Part shown: one piece after another, positions 26,365 to 32,000 of the stretch
Position numbering within the stretch: position 1 is the first letter of the stretch
Layout: every line of letters begins with the position of its first letter
Source of the DNA: Vulcanisaeta distributa DSM 14429
GTDB taxonomy: Archaea > Thermoproteota > Thermoprotei > Thermoproteales > Thermocladiaceae
Length of the DNA: 32,000 nucleotides
Assembly (NCBI RefSeq): GCF_000148385.1
Contig: NC_014537.1
Span: 1,320,001 to 1,352,000, forward strand
Direction: 5' to 3'
Program-made: the position numbers and the translations under genes
Notes under the pieces: model-generated
What the model saw: only the letters and a program-made list of their open reading frames with translations
The model's database searches: none
What the model was told of the DNA's origin: nothing

Positions 26365-27180
26365 TTATTCTGACGGCATTGCACTTGTTCTCTTATTCTT
26401 AAGTCTCGTCTTCTTCGGATAGCCAGATGCCCAGACTCTCTTACCCCTCGGCACAATCTGTGGACACCTCCTGCCAGTGCACCTTGGTGCTATTATACCA
26501 ACCTTCTGACCAGGTGGTGCAGTTCTCGGCACCGGCGTCTCACCCTTCTGATGACTACCACCACCATGTGGATGCGCGTATGCGTTCATCGCCTTACCCC
26601 TAACCGTTGGGTACTTCCAGGACTTAGCAAGTGATCTATAGTACTTGGCGCCTGCCTTAACCATGGGCTTCTCAATCCTACCGCCGCCAGCCACGATGCC
26701 TACCGTTGCCCTGGCCCTTGAGTCTATCTCCATGACCTTACCACTGGGTAGTTGAACAACAGTGGTGCTATCCTTATGAATGAGGACTACGGCGTAAGTA
26801 CCGCCCGATCTAACGAACTTACCACCATCATTAATCCTCTTCTCAATATTGTAGATCATGGAGCCCTCGGGAATCTTACCGAGCGGAAGTATGTTGCCTG
26901 GCATTGGCTTGGCCATTGCGCCAATCTCTATCACCTGACCCACGTACATGCCCTCAGCCGCGTAGTTGAGGAATTCCCTACCATCCTCAAGCGCTATCCT
27001 AGCTACAGGGGCGTTAAGCCCAGGTACATGCATCAGTTCCTTAACAACGCCCCTAACTACGCCGTTAAGCTCAGCCTCGCTCATGGGTAAATACCTAACA
27101 GGTCCTTCCCTAATCCAGCTTGGGCTTCTGAATTGCGAACCACCTCTCCCGCGTCTCTGCACTAGTATTCTCTTGCCCAC
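26365..27180 (-). CDS. rpl2: 50S ribosomal protein uL2 (L2P) with an extended basic C-terminus
   Basis: The motifs are GKRILVQRRGRGGSQFRSPSW..., ATVGIVAGGGRIEKP, GKAMNAYAHPHGGG and PPGQKVGIIAPRCTGRR. 271 aa, GTG start at 27178-27180. Confidence 0.95.
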   Translation of the reverse strand: MGKRILVQRRGRGGSQFRSPSWIREGPVRYLPMSEAELNGVVRGVVKELMHVPGLNAPVARIALEDGREFLNYAAEGMYVGQVIEIGAMAKPMPGNILPLGKIPEGSMIYNIEKRINDGGKFVRSGGTYAVVLIHKDSTTVVQLPSGKVMEIDSRARATVGIVAGGGRIEKPMVKAGAKYYRSLAKSWKYPTVRGKAMNAYAHPHGGGSHQKGETPVPRTAPPGQKVGIIAPRCTGRRCPQIVPRGKRVWASGYPKKTRLKNKRTSAMPSE

Positions 27181-27212
27181 GGTTAATCCCGTTAATGGTG
27201 ATGGGTAGTGGG

Positions 27213-27225
27213 TTTTTAAATATTT
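27213..27225. promoter_or_regulatory. A/T-rich TATA-like element shared by the divergent uL2 and endA-like genes
   Basis: tttttaaatattt sits in the 65-bp divergent spacer. It is about 25 nt upstream of ATG 27246 (+) and about 35-45 nt upstream of the uL2 GTG (-). Confidence 0.35.
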
Positions 27226-27245
27226 ACATTGATGGGTAATGCGGA

Positions 27246-27788
27246 ATGAGGGATTCGAAGAATCAGGAAAAAACCATAGTCGTTAGGAAGACTGGGACTG
27301 ATGAGTATAGTCTTGTTAAGATTAGTAATGGTGATGTCCATGAATTCGAGGAGAGGGGTATTGGCGATGTGAGGGATGGTACCATGGTCCTAAGGCCCAT
27401 AGAGCTCGTGTACTTATCCATAATTGGTTACAGGGTGTTGATTGACGGCAATGAGGTTGGTGTGGATGAGTTGATAAAGGAGGTGAAGAGTCCGCACGCC
27501 CTAACGGTTTACCTGGACATGAGGAAGAGGGGTTACTTCATAAAGCCCGTGATTAATGGCCCCGTGGACTTCCTGGTGTGGGATAAGGGTAAGAGCCCCG
27601 TGAATTCAAGCCCGAGGTATATGATAAAGATAGTCACTGAGGGATTGGGTATACAGGTAATGGAATTACTGAATGTGTTGAAGTACAGTGAGAGCATGGG
27701 CACACAATTGGTCCTGGCTCTTGTGAGCTCCGAGGGGGTTATCACTTATTATAAGGCATTTACATTTAGGCCTGTTAAGGGTGGTTGA
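27246..27788 (+). CDS. endA: tRNA-splicing endonuclease family protein, probably the non-catalytic (structural, beta) subunit
   Basis: The EndA C-terminal domain pattern is VYLDMRKRGYFIKPVINGPVDFLVWDKG...SSPRYMIKIV...GTQLVLALVSSEGVITYYK. By eye, the positions of the catalytic Tyr, His and Lys read W, P/R and Q. Confidence 0.7.
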   Translation: MRDSKNQEKTIVVRKTGTDEYSLVKISNGDVHEFEERGIGDVRDGTMVLRPIELVYLSIIGYRVLIDGNEVGVDELIKEVKSPHALTVYLDMRKRGYFIKPVINGPVDFLVWDKGKSPVNSSPRYMIKIVTEGLGIQVMELLNVLKYSESMGTQLVLALVSSEGVITYYKAFTFRPVKGG

Positions 27789-27791
27789 TTC

Positions 27792-28091
27792 ATGGTCACG
27801 ATTAAGGACATCGAACAAGTATTAACTATGGTTAGGAGTAAGGGGCTTAAGGTCATTATCAGGTTGAGGAAGTCGAGGAACATGATTGCCCTTGAGAAGG
27901 AGATTAGGGCCTTGAGCCCTGAGGGTAATTACGTGGCCTGGGCATCAGCATTTCCAGCGCCGCCTCACCAAATCATTGATGCGTATGGAATAGCCTCAAT
28001 AGAGATTTACTGCAGGAATGAATTGATTAAGCAATTGAGTGATTGGAGGGAGCTTGTTAAGGAGCTCCAGTTACTAAATGAGTGTCGTTAG
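27792..28091 (+). CDS. hypothetical 99-aa protein, apparently co-transcribed with the endA-like gene
   Basis: The ATG lies 3 nt after the endA-like stop. I recognise no motif. The 3' end overlaps the convergent radical SAM gene by 4 nt. Confidence 0.4.
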   Translation: MVTIKDIEQVLTMVRSKGLKVIIRLRKSRNMIALEKEIRALSPEGNYVAWASAFPAPPHQIIDAYGIASIEIYCRNELIKQLSDWRELVKELQLLNECR

Positions 28092-29047
28092 TAGTTCTCA
28101 ACGGTGTATTCCTTACCGCCAATCCTCAACTTAATGACCACACCACCTTCGCCCCTACTCTCCACAGTACCATCATCAAGCGCAACCTCATTCCCAGCAC
28201 TAACCCTCATATTAATCCTAAAAAGCCTAGCACCAATTTGGGCTAGGTCCTTGTAGCGTGACGTGCATACGTTGACGTTTACCCAGGGCCACTTCCTCCT
28301 AATCTCACTGGCTATTTTTATACCGGCGTCAACACTGCCTATAACACTACCGTCAGGCCCTGGTTTATAGCCCATGCTTATTAAATTGCTTATGTTCGCA
28401 GGGCTTACGTCAAGTTCATTCAAATTTACGAAACTTATCAGGCCATTACTAATGAGAAGTTCAGCAACCTTAACAATATCATCCTCAAACCTGGGCAGGG
28501 CAGGCACCTCAAGGCCGAGCTCAACACCTGCATCCTTAAGTATCCTGAGCAAATCGAGCTTACCACTTAACTGGGTCGTGTTTATTGCGTGTATTCTAAC
28601 CTCATCAATACCACTACCGGCCAACTTCTTAATGGCCTCCTCATTAATGTTCAGGGCGTGGGTATACATGTGTATATGAAAGCCCCGCCCATAAGTGTCC
28701 TTAAGCAACTTCACCAGCGTAACCACCCTATCAACAACCATTATTGGATCACCACCTGTTATCGCTAATCCATTTGACCCAGCCCTATCCAACTCATCGA
28801 TTATATCATCTGGGAACTTATTGACTGGCCTATCGTTAATGAACATCACATCCCTACCAAACCTATCCCTATTGACAGGGCAGTAGAAGCAGTTCAATGG
28901 GCATAAACCCGTTATGAATAGCACGCTCTTAATACCCAATTGGCACTGTCTACATCCTCTAGCGAACTCCCCAAACACTATATTGAGTCGTTTCATTGCC
29001 CAGGAGGTTATGACGTACCCCCTTATAAATGCATGTGCGTTAAGCAT
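28088..29047 (-). CDS. radical SAM protein (COG2108-like, PFL-activase-related), function unknown
   Basis: The cluster motif is ITGLCPLNCFYCPVN, followed by ITGGDP. 319 aa. Confidence 0.8.
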   Translation of the reverse strand: MLNAHAFIRGYVITSWAMKRLNIVFGEFARGCRQCQLGIKSVLFITGLCPLNCFYCPVNRDRFGRDVMFINDRPVNKFPDDIIDELDRAGSNGLAITGGDPIMVVDRVVTLVKLLKDTYGRGFHIHMYTHALNINEEAIKKLAGSGIDEVRIHAINTTQLSGKLDLLRILKDAGVELGLEVPALPRFEDDIVKVAELLISNGLISFVNLNELDVSPANISNLISMGYKPGPDGSVIGSVDAGIKIASEIRRKWPWVNVNVCTSRYKDLAQIGARLFRINMRVSAGNEVALDDGTVESRGEGGVVIKLRIGGKEYTVENY

Positions 29048-29074
29048 TTTAATGAATTAAAGCTGCGATAGACG

Positions 29075-29665
29075 ATGTATAGGTTTAGAAACACATTAAT
29101 TGCCTTCATAGTATCAACAGCACTCACAATACCAATATTCATAGCCATGAACATGAACCAGGCATCCTACGAAACAATGGTCGCACTACTAGGTAGTACA
29201 TGGCCTCCAATAACCCCCTGGGGCTTCATAACGGCAATATTCGCGCACCCGTCATATGCGGATTACTTCTTCGACATGCTCACCCTGTGGATGATTGGGC
29301 CGTACTTTGAGACCATGTTCGGGACCAGGAACTTCTGGCTAACCTTCATGCTTAGCGGCATAGCCTCGGCCCTCTCACCAATACTCTACTACGCAATGGG
29401 AACCCCAGTCCTCGTCGGCGGTTCATCGGGTGCGTTATTTGGGCTTATAGGCTTTATCATAGCCACACCGCACAGGGGCGTGATATTGGCGAATCCAATT
29501 AACATAATAGCAATAATATTCCTACTATCACCACTGGCCTTCGCCTTCGGCATAGCATACCTAGGTCATCTACTCGGCTTTATAGTGGGCATAATAACTG
29601 GTTACCTATACGTGAGGAGGGAACAGCGCTTTAACTATGTAAAGTATTTCGGCTTTGCTATTTAA
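29075..29665 (+). CDS. rhomboid-family intramembrane serine protease
   Basis: About six TM helices. The catalytic GxSG is VGGSSGALFGLIG, the catalytic His context is AYLGHLLGFIVG, and the upstream FAHPSYADYFFDMLTLWMIGPYFE corresponds to the rhomboid H..(H)..N region. Confidence 0.8.
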   Translation: MYRFRNTLIAFIVSTALTIPIFIAMNMNQASYETMVALLGSTWPPITPWGFITAIFAHPSYADYFFDMLTLWMIGPYFETMFGTRNFWLTFMLSGIASALSPILYYAMGTPVLVGGSSGALFGLIGFIIATPHRGVILANPINIIAIIFLLSPLAFAFGIAYLGHLLGFIVGIITGYLYVRREQRFNYVKYFGFAI

Positions 29666-29725
29666 TGGTTGCTACTTGGAATAGAAACAATAATACTTAA
29701 TAATACAACAAGTAGTGTATAAACT

Positions 29726-31525
29726 ATGATAGGGATAGGCCTTAAGTACGTAATACTTGTGTCAATAACAATCCTACTGGCGATGGCGATGATCACCAGT
29801 GCAAACCAGGTGGAACATCCGCAGATCTATAACATGACAACGCCCCTCAGTAAAGACCCATTCGTTACGTATAATGGCTTCTACTCCTTCGAGGCATATC
29901 AACCACTGCCACCAAGTACTAGGCCCATAGTAATTCCAATATTCGTCAATGCCATATTCCCATATGAATTAAACAATGCCTACGCAACGGTACCGCAGAG
30001 CAGTACTGTATGTATACCATCAGGCACGTACAGTCTCATTATACTGAATGTGACAATAATGGAGACCGGCGGTCCTCAGTACGATAGGGCATTCTACATA
30101 TTCGCCAATGGAGTACCAGTATTTTGGGGTTCAACGCAGGAGATACTGAATTCATCGGCTTGGTCTGACCTAACAATCTTTGAGAACATGCTCTCCGGCT
30201 CATGCATAACCTTCAAGGCGTTACTACCCAATTGGATTGTGCCAAGCATAGGCGTCACAGGCTATTACATAGTCAACGTGACACTTTATCTATACCCAGG
30301 GCCTGAACCCAACGGCTTACCTAATTACTTCATACCAATTGCGCCTAATTCCTATGGGGTATCCCTAATAGGGCTTAATCCATTCCATGATAAGGTAACG
30401 TTAATAACAAACATACCCAGTGGGACGTATAGGGCTGTGCTGCTCATGTACATGGAGGGCGGTGAATTAGATGAATTCTGGTACACGAATGAGCCTGCCA
30501 CCCGCGAACTCCTTGTTTACTATAATAATTACCTGGCTGCCGTCTTTAACCCATTCGAGACCATATACACTGGAGGTATTGACCCATTCATGTGGAAGCC
30601 TATGCCATCAATAAACACATTGTCATTTCATAACCCATACATGGCCGACATAACGCCATTACTTGCTACGGGCATTAACGACGTTAATATTACATTGACT
30701 ATGACGAACCTATACGAGGCATACGAATTGACGGGACTGCCCTACTTCACCTGGACAGTATCAGGAGTACTCATGCTATGGGTTAACGAATCGAACCCAA
30801 TGGTTAGTGGTCAATTAATAACTGCATACTCAAGCTTCTACGATTCCGGACCTATCTTCTCAACAACATCCACGGGCTTAACAGAATATATGGAGTATGG
30901 CAATTATACGCTGAATTACGTATCGAGACTAGTCTTTGAGCACGGCATTGAAGTGGCATCCTTCGAGCAGTCCGGCGTGTTTAATGCCTATCAATTATTT
31001 AATGTTGTAATGGAATATGGTATATTAAGCGAGAACTTCACTGAGTCATCATCTGAGAACATAAATGGCGCCGACCTATTCACAATGAGCCTCGCCTATA
31101 AGTACCCAATAATATTTAACGTAACCGCCTACGTAACACCACTGGCGCCGCCAACCTCATACCCATACCCAGCCGCGTATATTCAGTATGCCACCGTTAA
31201 CCTAGGGATGGACGCACATGAACACTACTCATTACCGGGCATGGACTATAAGACTGACGTACTCGAGTCCCTTAACTCCTACGGCTTCATGAACCTGACC
31301 CTACAAATAATCAATCCGTACGGAGGCGCAGTAGTCACTGGAATATCCGGCAACTACGCTAGGACAAGTAAGGACTTAATAGCTGTGCACACATACTCAT
31401 ACCCAACGGGTATATCCAGTTACCTAGAGAAGTTCAGTGCGTTAGCGATATCGCCAAATGCCACGGACTTAATCGGTTATTATCAATACGTAATGCTGAG
31501 GTTAATGAGAATAGGCAGCGGCTGA
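29726..31525 (+). CDS. secreted or membrane-anchored PNGase A-like protein (peptide-N4-(N-acetyl-beta-glucosaminyl)asparagine amidase A family)
   Basis: The N-terminal signal or anchor is YVILVSITILLAMAMITSA. GGPQYDRAFYIFANGVPVFWGSTQE, YYIVNVTLYLYPG, GELDEFWYTNEP and NPFETIYTGGIDPFMWKPMPSINTLSF...YMADITPLL parallel the conserved blocks I recall from plant PNGase A (QFDR..G.wLgGvE.lRtsTaEP; EFWY.N; PF..I.TGGI.P..WRP...I..F..P.Y..DITPF). Confidence 0.6.
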   Translation: MIGIGLKYVILVSITILLAMAMITSANQVEHPQIYNMTTPLSKDPFVTYNGFYSFEAYQPLPPSTRPIVIPIFVNAIFPYELNNAYATVPQSSTVCIPSGTYSLIILNVTIMETGGPQYDRAFYIFANGVPVFWGSTQEILNSSAWSDLTIFENMLSGSCITFKALLPNWIVPSIGVTGYYIVNVTLYLYPGPEPNGLPNYFIPIAPNSYGVSLIGLNPFHDKVTLITNIPSGTYRAVLLMYMEGGELDEFWYTNEPATRELLVYYNNYLAAVFNPFETIYTGGIDPFMWKPMPSINTLSFHNPYMADITPLLATGINDVNITLTMTNLYEAYELTGLPYFTWTVSGVLMLWVNESNPMVSGQLITAYSSFYDSGPIFSTTSTGLTEYMEYGNYTLNYVSRLVFEHGIEVASFEQSGVFNAYQLFNVVMEYGILSENFTESSSENINGADLFTMSLAYKYPIIFNVTAYVTPLAPPTSYPYPAAYIQYATVNLGMDAHEHYSLPGMDYKTDVLESLNSYGFMNLTLQIINPYGGAVVTGISGNYARTSKDLIAVHTYSYPTGISSYLEKFSALAISPNATDLIGYYQYVMLRLMRIGSG

Positions 31526-31636
31526 TGAATTAATTAGGGCTAGAAATTCAAAGTCACAACGAATTAGAAATAATTCTAATTCGAAACATAATTAATTAAT
31601 GCATATAAGGACATTGTTGTATAAGCATAATGGAGT

Positions 31637-31897
31637 ATGAATAAGACATTGGTTATTATAATTATGTCATTTGCAATATTGACAGTAATACTGGTAATGC
31701 TCACGCTCATTTACGGTATACCTGCAAAAACACTAAAACTACTCTTTATTGCCTTATTACCAGAAATAGAACGAACATACATACCTTCCACATGTCCCTA
31801 TTACGATGGTTATTGGTTCACAAACAATTATAACATTGCCACGATATTGAGATTAGGAAGTAACTCAATAATCGTTGGTAAGAACTCGATCATATAA
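31637..31897 (+). CDS. hypothetical small membrane protein
   Basis: 86-aa ORF with one N-terminal TM helix (TLVIIIMSFAILTVILVMLTLIYGI). No recognisable motif, so coding status is uncertain. Confidence 0.3.
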   Translation: MNKTLVIIIMSFAILTVILVMLTLIYGIPAKTLKLLFIALLPEIERTYIPSTCPYYDGYWFTNNYNIATILRLGSNSIIVGKNSII

Positions 31898-32000
31898 TAG
31901 GTATTGATTACTCCTCTAAAGATACGTACACCTTCATAGTAAATAAGCCAAGAGGGGTATTAATATTCACGTACTTCCCAGGAATGCTCTCACCAATCAT

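Noticed and set aside
26752-27208. The + strand ORFs 26752-27090 and 26966-27208 lie opposite uL2.
   Set aside because: They are antisense to the ribosomal protein gene.
28374-28886. The + strand ORFs 28374-28679 and 28695-28886 lie opposite the COG2108-like radical SAM gene. Similar antisense ORFs occur at 2745-2960, 11607-11933, 12432-13048, 14898-15182, 20709-20903, 21077-21268 and 27533-27745.
   Set aside because: All lie inside longer, motif-supported genes on the other strand and have low-complexity products.
31938-32000. A short minus-strand reading frame is open to the right window edge (…MIGESIPGKYVNINTPLGLFTMKVYVSLEE, then a stop).
   Set aside because: Only about 20 codons are visible, which is too little to call a gene or a product. 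It may be the 3' end of a gene lying outside the window.

Overview
This window looks like densely packed chromosomal DNA from a hyperthermophilic crenarchaeon, possibly Thermoproteales-like. That placement is an inference from several observations: an archaeal EF-2 with the diphthamide-histidine motif, a tRNA with a bulge-helix-bulge intron, an EndA-like subunit that appears non-catalytic, A/T-rich TATA-like boxes about 25 nt upstream of start codons, and heavy AGG/AGA arginine usage. I support about 34 protein genes and one tRNA-Gln(UUG). Housekeeping genes are hemB (3' part), a class I/II aminotransferase, Mrp/NBP35, aEF-2, MaoC dehydratase, type-2 IPP isomerase, ribosomal protein uL2 and an EndA-like subunit. 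Transport genes are a CUT1-type ABC binding protein with a fused double permease, and a 14-TM-type MFS transporter. Other calls are three radical-SAM enzymes of unknown role, two MBL-fold hydrolases, an SDR epimerase, a rhomboid protease next to a PNGase-A-like secreted protein, a HerA-like ATPase, and several small hypothetical proteins. I saw no CRISPR array, rRNA, transposase or integrase. Nothing here is a clear-cut new system. The best leads are: (1) a minus-strand block of radical SAM, FAD oxidoreductase, tandem DUF336 and radical SAM, which faces a 435-bp AT-rich spacer holding an untracked 32-aa Cys-rich micro-ORF with a GGAGG ribosome-binding site; (2) a small winged-helix protein with a Trp/Gly/Pro-rich tail ending WWHWWW, with repeat motifs in its promoter; (3) an orphan HerA-like ATPase with a non-canonical Walker B; (4) the rhomboid/PNGase-A-like pair; (5) uL2 standing alone with a 33-aa basic C-terminal extension. 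All family assignments come from motif recognition by eye and need HMM or BLAST confirmation.
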